A program made the translations under genes and the position numbers. Below are positions 1 through 8,167 of a stretch of 32,000 bases of DNA, piece by piece. The stretch covers positions 1,230,001 to 1,262,000 of the forward strand of contig NZ_CP015137.1 in NCBI RefSeq assembly GCF_001644705.1, in the 5' to 3' direction. The notes under the pieces were generated by a model. That model was not told where the DNA came from and ran no database searches. It was given only the letters and a program-made list of their open reading frames with translations. The DNA is from Dickeya solani IPO 2222 (GTDB lineage: Bacteria; Pseudomonadota; Gammaproteobacteria; Enterobacterales; Enterobacteriaceae). Numbering within the stretch: the stretch's first letter is position 1; each line of letters opens with the position of its first letter.

Positions 1-968
1 AACTGCAACGCCGTCAGGATCATCAGCACCAGCCCCATCAGCACCGACGCCGCCGACGCCAGCCCGTACTGCGACGCGTTGGACGAAAACGCGGTCTGAT
101 AGATGTACTGCACAATAAAGTTGTTGGCGGTGCCCGGTCCGCCACCGTTGGTCAGCACCCAGGCTTCGTCGAAAATCTGCACGCTGTTGATGGTCAGCAG
201 GATCACCACCACCAGAATGTTGGGCGCCAGCAACGGCAACGTCAGGCGATAGAAACCGCGCCAGCGCGAGGTGCCGTCCACCGCCGCCGCTTCGTAGATA
301 TCACGCGGGATCGCCTGCAACCCGGCCAGCAGAATCAGGGTATAAAAACCGACGTGAAACCACACCGACACGAACACCACCCAGAAGCGCGCCAGCGACG
401 GCTCCAGCAAAAACGTGACAGGCTGGCCACCCAGCGACGATAGCATCAGATTCAGCAGCCCGTTGCGGTTAAGGAACCACTGCCACACCAACCCGACCAC
501 CACCGGCGACAGCAGCACCGGGTAGAAAAAGATGGCGCGGAAGAAACCGCGGGCGATGATCTTGCGGTTGAGGATCAGCGCGGTGACCAGCGCCACGCCG
601 AGCGTGCACGTCACGTTAAAAAAAGTGAACGAGACGGTGTTGTAGACGCCGGTCCAGAACAGGTCCTGCTCGCAGGTGGCGGGCACCGTGTACTGCTCGC
701 AACTCAGCAGGGTAGTGAAGTTCTGCAACCCGACGTATGGCCGGTCCCACAGCAGGATGTTGGTGCCGCCGGTGAAGGCGTAGCACACCGCCAGCAGGAT
801 CGGAATAAACACGAACACGGCGAACAGCAGCATGTTCGGCGCGATGAAAAACCACGGCATCACCCGGCGGCCGCCGAATTTTTGCAGCAGATTGACCGAT
901 TTTTCCACCGGCGTCACCAGCGTATCCACCAGCGACGCGCCGGGCTGAATCAACGATTTTCGATTCAT
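1..968 (-). CDS. Carbohydrate ABC transporter permease, MalF/UgpA type (N-terminal part; gene runs off the left edge)
   Basis: Absent from the ORF track because it is open at the window edge. My reverse-strand translation from ATG 968-966 gives MNRKSLIQPGASLVDTLVTPVEKSVNLLQKFGGRRVMPWFFIAPNMLLFAVFVFIPILLAV... It is hydrophobic throughout and has the EAA-loop signature of binding-protein-dependent permeases (DIYEAAAVDGTSRWRGFYRLTLPLLAP). It lies on the same strand directly downstream of the ATPase gene. Confidence 0.85.
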   Translation of the reverse strand, partial: MNRKSLIQPGASLVDTLVTPVEKSVNLLQKFGGRRVMPWFFIAPNMLLFAVFVFIPILLAVCYAFTGGTNILLWDRPYVGLQNFTTLLSCEQYTVPATCEQDLFWTGVYNTVSFTFFNVTCTLGVALVTALILNRKIIARGFFRAIFFYPVLLSPVVVGLVWQWFLNRNGLLNLMLSSLGGQPVTFLLEPSLARFWVVFVSVWFHVGFYTLILLAGLQAIPRDIYEAAAVDGTSRWRGFYRLTLPLLAPNILVVVILLTINSVQIFDEAWVLTNGGGPGTANNFIVQYIYQTAFSSNASQYGLASAASVLMGLVLMILTALQ

Positions 969-1049
969 GTTCGTCTCCTGATCATGTTCGTCTCCTGATC
1001 ATGTTCGTCTCCTGATCATGGTTGTCTCCTGATCATGTTCATCTCCCGC
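966..1049 (-). repeat. 17-bp tandem repeat (about 4 full copies plus a degenerate copy), each unit carrying a Shine-Dalgarno sequence and an ATG
   Basis: The plus strand reads catgttcgtctcctgat x3 (966-1016), then catggttgtctcctgat, then catgttcatctcccgc. On the coding (minus) strand the unit is ATGATCAGGAGACGAAC. It fills the whole ATPase-permease intergenic gap. Confidence 0.95.
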
Positions 1050-1051
1050 AA

Positions 1052-2152
1052 TCAGGCTTTCTGTTCCGCCAGACGCGGCAGCGCCTGACCGCTGTCGGCA
1101 TCAAACAGGTGGCAATAGTCTTGCGGGAAGCGGACAAACACCAGCTCGCCGGTGCGGAATTCGTGGTGTCCCGGCAGGTGCACGATCAGCTCGTCGTCGA
1201 TGCCGGCGCAGCGTCCATAGATAAAGGTTTCGTGCCCCATCATTTCGCAGCGGTCGATGCACAGCGACACGCCGTCGTCATGCTCGCTCACCAGTTGACA
1301 GTGCGAGGGACGAATGCCCAGTTCCACCGTTTTCCCCTCTTCGCCGCGAAACGGCAGCCGCAACAGGTTGCCGGATGGGCAGCGGACGTCCACCCCGTCA
1401 TCCGACGCGCTGCTGATGGTGGCGGGGAACATATTCATACGCGGCGAACCGATAAAACCGGCCACAAACTTGTTTTTCGGCCGGTTGAACAGCTCCAGCG
1501 GCGTGCCCACCTGTTCGATGCGTCCGCCGTTGAGCACCACGATGCGCTGGGCCATGGTCATCGCCTCCACCTGATCGTGGGTGACGTAAATCATGGTGGT
1601 GCGCAGCTTCTGGTGCAGCCGGGTCAGCTCGCCGCGGGTCTGTACCCGCAGCTTGGCGTCAAGGTTGGACAGCGGCTCGTCAAACAGGAACAGGTCCGGG
1701 TCGCGCACGATGGCGCGGCCGATGGCGACGCGCTGCTGTTGCCCGCCGGACAGCGCCCGCGGCTTGCGTTCCAGATACGGTTCCAGCCCCAGCATGCGCG
1801 CGGCGTCCCCGATGCGCCGTTCAATTTCGTCTTTGGGGAAATGCAGGTTTTCCAGCCCGAACGCCAGATTCTTGCGCACCGACAGGTGCGGATAGAGCGC
1901 GTAGGACTGGAACACCATGGCGATTTTGCGCTCCGCCGGGCCAAGATCGTTGACCTTGCGATCGCCGATCCACAGCTCTCCGTCGGTGATCGGCTCCAGA
2001 CCGGCGATCATCCGCAACAGCGTGGATTTACCGCAGCCGGACGGCCCGACGAACACCATGAACTCCCCGTCGCGGATGATCAGATCCACGCCTTTGATAA
2101 TCTGTATCGACCCATAGCTTTTATGGACGTTTTTCAGTTCCAGACTCGCCAT
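1052..2152 (-). CDS. Sugar ABC transporter ATP-binding protein (MalK/UgpC/MsiK family)
   Basis: Walker [10 protein letters not shown], signature [14 protein letters not shown] and Walker B LFLFDEP are present, with a C-terminal MalK-type regulatory domain. The track ORF starts at GTG 2155. ATG 2152 has GAGGA 7 nt upstream and is the more likely start ([14 protein letters not shown]...). Confidence 0.9.
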   Translation of the reverse strand: MASLELKNVHKSYGSIQIIKGVDLIIRDGEFMVFVGPSGCGKSTLLRMIAGLEPITDGELWIGDRKVNDLGPAERKIAMVFQSYALYPHLSVRKNLAFGLENLHFPKDEIERRIGDAARMLGLEPYLERKPRALSGGQQQRVAIGRAIVRDPDLFLFDEPLSNLDAKLRVQTRGELTRLHQKLRTTMIYVTHDQVEAMTMAQRIVVLNGGRIEQVGTPLELFNRPKNKFVAGFIGSPRMNMFPATISSASDDGVDVRCPSGNLLRLPFRGEEGKTVELGIRPSHCQLVSEHDDGVSLCIDRCEMMGHETFIYGRCAGIDDELIVHLPGHHEFRTGELVFVRFPQDYCHLFDADSGQALPRLAEQKA

Positions 2153-2167
2153 CACCGTTTCCTCAAC

Positions 2168-2204
2168 CTGTTTCTGTTTTCAAACCCGTTTCTGTTTTTC
2201 AAAC
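2168..2204. repeat. Tandem duplication (18 + 19 bp) at the hydrolase-ATPase junction
   Basis: ctgtttctgttttcaaac (2168-2185) is followed directly by ccgtttctgtttttcaaac (2186-2204). The second copy contains the stop codon (2199-2201) of the upstream hydrolase gene. Confidence 0.85.
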
Positions 2205-3311
2205 AGAATGCCGCTGCGCCAGCAGCATCAGCATGACCAGCGCCTGCCCGTACGGCACGGCGACATTGGGGATATCGTGATAAAACTGCAGGTCGTGGCC
2301 CATCGCGGTGCCGTCCGACACCCCTTGTACCACGCCCTGTTCATCAATCTGCGCCATCACCGCCGCCAGCCCTTTATCCAGCGCCGCCTGCGGGAAATCC
2401 GCCAGCATGCCGAGCTGACGGGCGGTGAGAATGCCGGCGATGAAACCGGCGCTGGCGGAGGTTTCCAGCGGCGAATCTGGGTCGTTGAGCAGGGTGTGCC
2501 ACAGCCCGGAATCATGCTGACAAGCCGCCAGCGTGCGAGTCTGCTGGGCGAGGATCGCCTCCAGCGTGCGGCGCACCGGCGCCGAGAGCGGTGAGTCCGT
2601 CAGATAGCAGATTTCCGGCAGCACCAGCGTCACCCAGGCGTTGCCGCGCCCCCAGAACGCCCCGGCGTAATGGTGGCGACCCAGGAACGTCCAGCCGTGA
2701 TACCACAGCCCGCTGGCGGCGTCCGCCAGATAGCGGGCGTGGGTCAGCAACTGGTATTCCGCTTCCTCCAGCAGTTCCCGACGTTTGAGCACCCCGGCGC
2801 TGACCACCAGAAACAGCCCGGCCATAAATAGCGTGTCGTCCCACAGTTGCCCGGTGTTGGGACGCTCCTTGACCGTGTGCTGGAAGCCGCCGTCTTCGGT
2901 TTTCGGCAGCGAATGCAGTAGCCAGTCCGCCCACTCTTCCACCGCCGCCAGCCAGTGCGGACGGGGGTTATCGCGGCACAGCAGCGCCAGCACCAGCATC
3001 GGCGCGGTAGAGTTGATTTGCCGCGGCGGCAGCCCGGCCTGCAATTTTTGCTCGTACCACTGTTCCAGCGCCGCCAGCATGGCGTGGTCCTGCCGCTGCC
3101 GCGCCAGTTTCCAGAAGCCGTACAGGCCGACGCCCACTTCCCAGTCCCACTCTTCGAACTGGATGGTCAGTGCCTCGCCGGCCGGCGCACCGTCGTTCAT
3201 GTCGGTCACGCTGTTGATAGCTTTCAGGCGGCAAAACGCCAGCGCCACCTTGTCCAGCAGCGCATCAATCTGCCGGGTGCCGGAGAGTCCGTTGATGGAT
3301 TGTGTTGTCAT
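2199..3311 (-). CDS. Unsaturated glycuronyl / rhamnogalacturonyl hydrolase family protein (PF07470-type, GH105/GH88)
   Basis: 370 aa with no signal peptide. The composition suggests an (alpha/alpha)6-type fold, and the motif LWDDTLFMAGLF resembles the catalytic-Asp motif of YteR/YesR-type GH105 enzymes. Other family-like stretches are GRGNAWV and YGQAL. The start ATG is 1 nt after the stop of the upstream 826-aa gene, and GAGGAGGA lies in that gene's 3' end. Confidence 0.75.
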   Translation of the reverse strand: MTTQSINGLSGTRQIDALLDKVALAFCRLKAINSVTDMNDGAPAGEALTIQFEEWDWEVGVGLYGFWKLARQRQDHAMLAALEQWYEQKLQAGLPPRQINSTAPMLVLALLCRDNPRPHWLAAVEEWADWLLHSLPKTEDGGFQHTVKERPNTGQLWDDTLFMAGLFLVVSAGVLKRRELLEEAEYQLLTHARYLADAASGLWYHGWTFLGRHHYAGAFWGRGNAWVTLVLPEICYLTDSPLSAPVRRTLEAILAQQTRTLAACQHDSGLWHTLLNDPDSPLETSASAGFIAGILTARQLGMLADFPQAALDKGLAAVMAQIDEQGVVQGVSDGTAMGHDLQFYHDIPNVAVPYGQALVMLMLLAQRHSV

Positions 3312-3312
3312 G

Positions 3313-5793
3313 TTACCGATCCTCCTCGGTACGCTCAGGTATCACCGATACCGTGTCGGGAAATGCGAAGGGGTGATGATTGACGGCGAAACCGCTCGCC
3401 GGATGCCAGTCCATCAGGCCGTAGTCCGGGTCGTCGAACTGCGCCGCGCCGTCATCCGACCGCTGCGCCTGACGGTGGCGGAAGCGTTCGATAAACGCCG
3501 GGAAATCCGCCGCGCCCTGCCCGCTGTCCACCGCGATATACCAGACGTTATGCTCGCCGAAGGCGCGCAATTCGCTGTCCGGCTGCCCGCCGTCCGGGGT
3601 GTGGGTTTGCAGCCCGGCCGGGTTGTGCAACGCGGCATAGCCGTTGCCGCCGCGCACGAAACACCAGTGCGTCTCCACCACCACCTCGTCCAGCGCGGTA
3701 CGCGGCAGGTAAAGGTGGGTCCAGCGACGCAGGTCGTGCTGCAAATCGAAAATCATCCAGGCGCGGTTGCGATGCTGCATCACGTGCGGCAGGCGGCCGT
3801 TGCCGGCCCAGTAGGACGGGCGGTGCACGCCGTCCGGGCGATCTTCGCCGGGATGGTTGACCCACAGCCGGGCGGCGTAGTGGCGGCCGAGGCGGATATC
3901 CAGCACATGCTGCTGGTGTCCCGGCTGGCCGGGGTGGTGATCGAACACCGAGGAAAACGCCACGTCCGGCTGTTTCCAGGCGATGACGCGGGCGCTACGG
4001 TTCAGCCCCTGTACCCAGCGCGCCTGCGCCCCTTGCGGTGACTGCCAGTGGGCGATGGCGTACGTCTCTTCAGGCGGCTGGTACTGGCTCAGGCACAGCA
4101 ACGGCAGCGCCGCACAGTGCGGGATCAGCCAGCCCTCGCCCCAAATCAGCGCGCACAGGCCGGACAGTTCGGTCAGCATGCCGGAGCGCAGTTCCTTGTC
4201 GTAAGCGCGCCCCATGGTGCCAACCGCCACACCGTTCTGGTGCACCCAGGCGGTCATTAGCAGAATACGGTCGATAACCGTGCGGGCGCGTTCGCGCAGG
4301 CTTTCATCACTAGCCAGCTCGGCCAGCGCCACCAGCCCGATCAGATCGATGGGGTAATAGGCGGCGGAGTTCCACTCCACCAGCCCGTGTTCCAGAATGG
4401 CGTCGAACCAGCGCTCCAGCCGCTGGCGGGCGATAGCCTGCTGCTCGCGGCCCTGACGACCGCTGCACACGAAGACCGAATCGGGAAAGTTTTGCCCGGC
4501 CAGATACTGCGCCACATGGAAACAGAGGCAGTGGTTCTCGCTCCAGAACCACATGGTGTCGTTGCCCGGCTCATCGATCCAGTAACGAAAACCGAGGATC
4601 ACGCTGCGAACGCGCCGCCAGTCATGGGCCGTCAGCCGCTGGCCCTGATAGCGCTGCCACAGCCAGATCAGCGGCACCAGTTGAAAGTCGGCGCAGTCTT
4701 CCCGACGGCTGATCTTGTGCAGCGCCTGATTGAGGCTCGGCATGATGTTCGCCGTCCCTTCGCCGGTGGCGAAGATAGCCAGCACCCGGCCGATGCGCTC
4801 GAAACCGTGCAACGCGGTGTGGCGCAGCAGGTAGTCGCGCCGGGCGGCCAGCGTCGACAGCGACGGCATGGCTTGTGTGGACATAGTTTGCGCAGGCAGG
4901 CGGCCGAAACTGATGCTGCGCGTCAGGGTGATGCCGTCGCACACCGCGCGGCAGACCAGATCGTAATACCCCACCAACCCCGCCGGCAGCGCCACCGGCC
5001 AGCCGGTATTGCCCGCCGCCAGCGGCGATTGTTGCCGCCAGGACGGCGCCGATTCGTTAACGTTGCACACCAGATGGTGATGGATATCGACCGCTTCCGG
5101 CAACGGCGTGGCGGCGCGCAGGGTCAGGGTATCGTGGTCAATCAGGTTGTCGGCCAGCGACAGGCTGTTGATCCAGCCGTCCAGCGCCTGGATGCGTTCG
5201 CTGCAGGCGGCGTCCGGCGCGGCCTGCCAGCGCAGCGGCGTCTCACCAAGGTAACGCAGGCTGAACAGGTAGTCGGTATCGCGTTCACACAATTCCTCGG
5301 CATGCACCACCAGCGTGTTTAACCCCAGTTGCAGCGGCAGCGTCAGTTCGCACTGCTGTTCGGTGTTACGGCTAAACGGGGTGAAACGGCAGATCTGACG
5401 ACCATTAAGCCAAACGGTTACGCCGCCGCAGGTAGACAGCAGGAAACGCGCCGGTTGCAGGCTATCGCTGTGCAGATAGCAGCGGGCGAAGCGTTGCACA
5501 TGGGTGGGGCAAGGCCAGAAATCGCTGAAATTGACCGACTGGCTGTCATCGCCGCCGCTCCACAGGGTGTGAAAACGGCGATGCTCCGGCAGGCTGACGG
5601 CGCGCAGCGCGGTTTCTTGCAAGAACCGCACCCGACAAGGCAAGACGCCGACATCCACAAAGCCATTAATAAAGCGGTAATTAACATTATCCGGCAAGGT
5701 ATCCGCTTCTGCAGGATAATATTTTTCCTCCAGATCGCTAATCATAAACCGGTTAATCACGCTATTTTTCTTTAACACCCAACCGATATTCAT
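3313..5793 (-). CDS. Large cytoplasmic heparinase II/III-like (polysaccharide/oligosaccharide lyase-fold) protein, function unknown
   Basis: 826 aa, with AAGGA 6 nt before ATG 5793 and no signal peptide. The central region (WFWSENHCLCFHVAQYL..., WNSAAYYPIDL) looks like an alpha/alpha toroid. The C-terminal region contains GHQQHVLDIRLG, which resembles the GHxHxD motif of the heparinase II/III C-terminal beta-sandwich domain. There is an extra N-terminal domain of about 200 aa. The assignment rests on by-eye motifs only. Confidence 0.55.
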   Translation of the reverse strand: MNIGWVLKKNSVINRFMISDLEEKYYPAEADTLPDNVNYRFINGFVDVGVLPCRVRFLQETALRAVSLPEHRRFHTLWSGGDDSQSVNFSDFWPCPTHVQRFARCYLHSDSLQPARFLLSTCGGVTVWLNGRQICRFTPFSRNTEQQCELTLPLQLGLNTLVVHAEELCERDTDYLFSLRYLGETPLRWQAAPDAACSERIQALDGWINSLSLADNLIDHDTLTLRAATPLPEAVDIHHHLVCNVNESAPSWRQQSPLAAGNTGWPVALPAGLVGYYDLVCRAVCDGITLTRSISFGRLPAQTMSTQAMPSLSTLAARRDYLLRHTALHGFERIGRVLAIFATGEGTANIMPSLNQALHKISRREDCADFQLVPLIWLWQRYQGQRLTAHDWRRVRSVILGFRYWIDEPGNDTMWFWSENHCLCFHVAQYLAGQNFPDSVFVCSGRQGREQQAIARQRLERWFDAILEHGLVEWNSAAYYPIDLIGLVALAELASDESLRERARTVIDRILLMTAWVHQNGVAVGTMGRAYDKELRSGMLTELSGLCALIWGEGWLIPHCAALPLLCLSQYQPPEETYAIAHWQSPQGAQARWVQGLNRSARVIAWKQPDVAFSSVFDHHPGQPGHQQHVLDIRLGRHYAARLWVNHPGEDRPDGVHRPSYWAGNGRLPHVMQHRNRAWMIFDLQHDLRRWTHLYLPRTALDEVVVETHWCFVRGGNGYAALHNPAGLQTHTPDGGQPDSELRAFGEHNVWYIAVDSGQGAADFPAFIERFRHRQAQRSDDGAAQFDDPDYGLMDWHPASGFAVNHHPFAFPDTVSVIPERTEEDR

Positions 5794-5974
5794 GACGAAT
5801 CCTTGTTACCGCGCGAGTGAATAAATGAAATATCGAGAATGCATTGCCAAATAAAAATACTAATGAATAAAAAAATACCTGACGGCATTTATTTGCACCG
5901 TTATTGTGCGCGTGCTGCCTTTATTTAGCGCAATGCAGTTTTTCAGTGCCAGCCTCAAAAATCGGCGGCGATAA

Positions 5975-5989
5975 ATGCAAAATTTGCAT
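5975..5989. promoter_or_regulatory. Palindromic candidate operator ATGCAAA-A-TTTGCAT in the divergent promoter region
   Basis: Perfect 15-bp palindrome in the AT-rich 5794-6283 intergenic region. Related half-sites TTTGCA(C/T) occur at 6000-6006 and 6020-6026. Confidence 0.5.
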
Positions 5990-6168
5990 AATCTGGCAAT
6001 TTGCACTTAACATCGTATTTTTGCATTATAGAGTAAATTATCGCGTGAACAATATGCGATTCTTATCACAAAAAGACGTTGACTCAGCCATGAGTCGAAA
6101 TATATTTAATATGCCTCACAAAAAAGAACGCGATTTTTGTTCATGATTAGTCGCCGAATAGGCTATTC

Positions 6169-6182
6169 ATGCAAATTTGCAT
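6169..6182. promoter_or_regulatory. Second palindromic candidate operator ATGCAAATTTGCAT
   Basis: Perfect 14-bp palindrome with the same half-sites as 5975-5989. It lies about 100 bp upstream of the binding-protein gene start. Confidence 0.5.
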
Positions 6183-6283
6183 CATGCATCAGGAGCCGTC
6201 GAATATACCCGGAGTAATAAAGCCAACGCGCCTGAAACTTGAAGTATGACGGGTATATATATACATATGGGTGGGAGAGTAGA

Positions 6284-7594
6284 ATGAATCGCTATCAGCA
6301 CGCGCTGTTATTTTCCTTTATGACGCTGGGCGCTTTCGCCAGCAGCAATGCCATTGCCGCCAAAACGCAAATCACCTTTTTATACAGCGACGACGACCCG
6401 GAACTGGTCCATTTCATGGAACAGAAGGTGAAGACGTTTTCACAAAACAACGATCACATCGACGTGAATTTCGTCAGCACCGGCTACAACGCACTGCAAA
6501 CCCAGTTGCCGATGCAATTGGCCGCCGGTCTGGGGCCGGATATCGCCAAAACCACCCAGATGGGCCTGCTCTCCTACACGCTCGACCTGCGCCCTTATCT
6601 GGCCGATCCGGCCGGTTTCGAAAAACGCTACGGTGCCAGTATTGAAAAAATCATGCGCATCAACGGGGTACACAAGGATAACGCCCTGCCGGGCTTCGTC
6701 GCCTCCTGGACCGCCGACCTGCCGTTCGTCAACGTAACCCTGTTCCAGCAGGCCGGCGTGCCGCTGCCGCAACCGGGTTACACTCTGGAACAGCTGATGC
6801 AGGCGTCGAAACAGGTGGCGGCAAAAACCGGCGTTGCCATTCCCTTCACCATCGACCGCAGCGGTTTTCGCTTCTCCGGCCCGGCCTACTCCTACGGCAC
6901 CCGCTACGACAAAGACGGTCTGATCAACTTCCCGGACGCCGCCGCGCAGGCGTGGATCAAAGACCTGAAACGCTGGTCGGACGATGGCATCTTCCCGCGT
7001 GAAATGTGGGGTGCCGCCGGCGGCGGTCAGTACAAGAGCATGGCCGACGACTTTGTGAACGGCAACATCGTCACCTACTTCTCCGGCAACTGGCAGTTGA
7101 ACCAGTTCAGCAAGCAGATCGGCAACGGTTTCGACTGGAAAATGCTGCCCGCGCCCTGCAAGGAAAAATGCATCTCGATGGGCGGCGCCACCTTTATCAT
7201 GCCGTTCAAGACCAGCAAGCATCCGAAAGAAGTGGCGGAATTCATGGAATGGCTGGGCAGCGACGCCATCCAGCGTGAGATCGCCGAACACTTCAATATC
7301 ATCGTCGGTGCCGATATTCCGGATCTGCATTACCAGACCAAGGATCAGCACGTGATCGACGGGTTGAACACCGCCCGCGCCGAGATCGCTAAAATTCCAG
7401 CCTACGTGTTCGACTGGGAAAAAATGGAAAGTCTGGGCGGCAGCGAGCTGTATCCGATCATCCTGACCCGCTTTACCCAGTACCTGAACAATCAGGTGTC
7501 GTATGACGAGTATCTGCGCCTGACGGAAAACGACGTGAAACGGCTTAACCAGATCATCGCCGCCAACCGGCAGCAACAGCAGAAAGCCCAGTAA
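6284..7594 (+). CDS. Carbohydrate ABC transporter periplasmic solute-binding protein (family 1)
   Basis: The track ORF begins at TTG 6239. ATG 6284 is preceded by GGGAGAG and gives a clear signal peptide, MNRYQHALLFSFMTLGAFASSNAIA-AK. The length and composition are typical of a family 1 solute-binding protein. Confidence 0.85.
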   Translation: MNRYQHALLFSFMTLGAFASSNAIAAKTQITFLYSDDDPELVHFMEQKVKTFSQNNDHIDVNFVSTGYNALQTQLPMQLAAGLGPDIAKTTQMGLLSYTLDLRPYLADPAGFEKRYGASIEKIMRINGVHKDNALPGFVASWTADLPFVNVTLFQQAGVPLPQPGYTLEQLMQASKQVAAKTGVAIPFTIDRSGFRFSGPAYSYGTRYDKDGLINFPDAAAQAWIKDLKRWSDDGIFPREMWGAAGGGQYKSMADDFVNGNIVTYFSGNWQLNQFSKQIGNGFDWKMLPAPCKEKCISMGGATFIMPFKTSKHPKEVAEFMEWLGSDAIQREIAEHFNIIVGADIPDLHYQTKDQHVIDGLNTARAEIAKIPAYVFDWEKMESLGGSELYPIILTRFTQYLNNQVSYDEYLRLTENDVKRLNQIIAANRQQQQKAQ

Positions 7595-7618
7595 CGAAGG
7601 AGTCAGTAACGGAGGAGT
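7591..7618 (+). repeat. Two-copy tandem duplication of a stop/SD segment (GTAACGAAGGAGT / GTAACGGAGGAGT, 15-bp period)
   Basis: The sequence is gtaacgaaggagtca gtaacggaggagtat followed by ATG 7619. The first copy contains the binding-protein stop codon TAA (7592-7594), and both copies carry GGAG. Confidence 0.8.
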
Positions 7619-8167
7619 ATGAAACGCCAGCTGATTCACCAGCCTATCGACGGCGACGCGCCGTTTGACTGGCAGACGGAAAACGACCTCTGCCAGCAAC
7701 GGTGGCCGGATGAAGACCGGTGTTTGGTGGTGACCGGCACCTTCACCCGGCTGCTGTGCTGGCAGCAGGGTCGGCTGCAACGCCACGGCGGCAGCCTGTT
7801 TCCGGTGGGCGATCCGGCCAGTCAGGCGCGGCTCGGGCTGTGGGCCGTGCAGGCGATGCTGCAGGCGGTGGAAGGCATGACGCCACTCACACCGCTGGCC
7901 AGCACACTGTTTGCCCGTTTCGACAACCACATCGAACAGGTGGTGGACTGGTCGAAACAGGCGCAGGCCGGCGATTACGCCGCGCTGGCGGCCGATATTC
8001 TCGCGCAGCCGGACGACCCGCTGGCGGTGCCGCTGCTGAAACGCGCCGCCCGTGAGCTGGCTACGTTGCTGCGCCTGTCTGACGCACGCCAGCCGGAACA
8101 GGTCTGCTTTAGCGGCGCGCTGGCGGCGGCCTGTCTCCCTTATCTCGCTCAGGAGGCGCGCTCATGA
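7619..8167 (+). CDS. Truncated, degenerate paralog of the downstream BadF/GlcNAc-kinase-family kinase (possible pseudokinase or gene remnant)
   Basis: 182 aa with a strong GGAGGAG RBS. It aligns by eye to residues of about 120-270 of the next protein. Compare VVTGTFTRLL..GGSLFPVGDPASQARLGLWAVQ...FDN...GDYA...ARE with VIAGTGSCGL..GGHEFPISDQGSGARLGLAALQ...FDN...GDYA...ARE. It lacks the N-terminal DGGGT phosphate-binding motif and the C-terminal tail. Its stop overlaps the next start (ATGA, 8164-8167). Confidence 0.6.
   Translation: MKRQLIHQPIDGDAPFDWQTENDLCQQRWPDEDRCLVVTGTFTRLLCWQQGRLQRHGGSLFPVGDPASQARLGLWAVQAMLQAVEGMTPLTPLASTLFARFDNHIEQVVDWSKQAQAGDYAALAADILAQPDDPLAVPLLKRAARELATLLRLSDARQPEQVCFSGALAAACLPYLAQEARS

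Noticed and set aside
966-1049. Possible CRISPR array (also considered for 24645-24741)
   Set aside because: The repeats are directly contiguous with no unique spacers, the units are only 16-17 bp, and there are no cas genes. These are simple tandem repeats.
1022-2236. 404-aa ORF on the plus strand
   Set aside because: It is antisense to the clearly motif-bearing MalK-like ATPase gene. The product is Arg/Gln/His-rich with no recognisable motifs, a typical shadow ORF in GC-rich DNA.
2785-4041. 418-aa plus-strand ORF, plus other long plus-strand ORFs over 2208-5775
   Set aside because: They are antisense to the hydrolase and 826-aa genes, low-complexity in Arg, Ala and Pro, and lack an RBS. 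The minus-strand frames carry the convincing domain signatures.
5904-6146. 80-aa ORF in the AT-rich divergent promoter region
   Set aside because: It has no RBS, lies across the palindromic operator candidates, and its odd composition reflects AT-rich intergenic DNA. It is most likely non-coding.
6440-7930. 496-aa minus-strand ORF
   Set aside because: It is antisense to the binding-protein gene (which has a clear signal peptide and RBS) and spans an intergenic junction. The composition is not protein-like.
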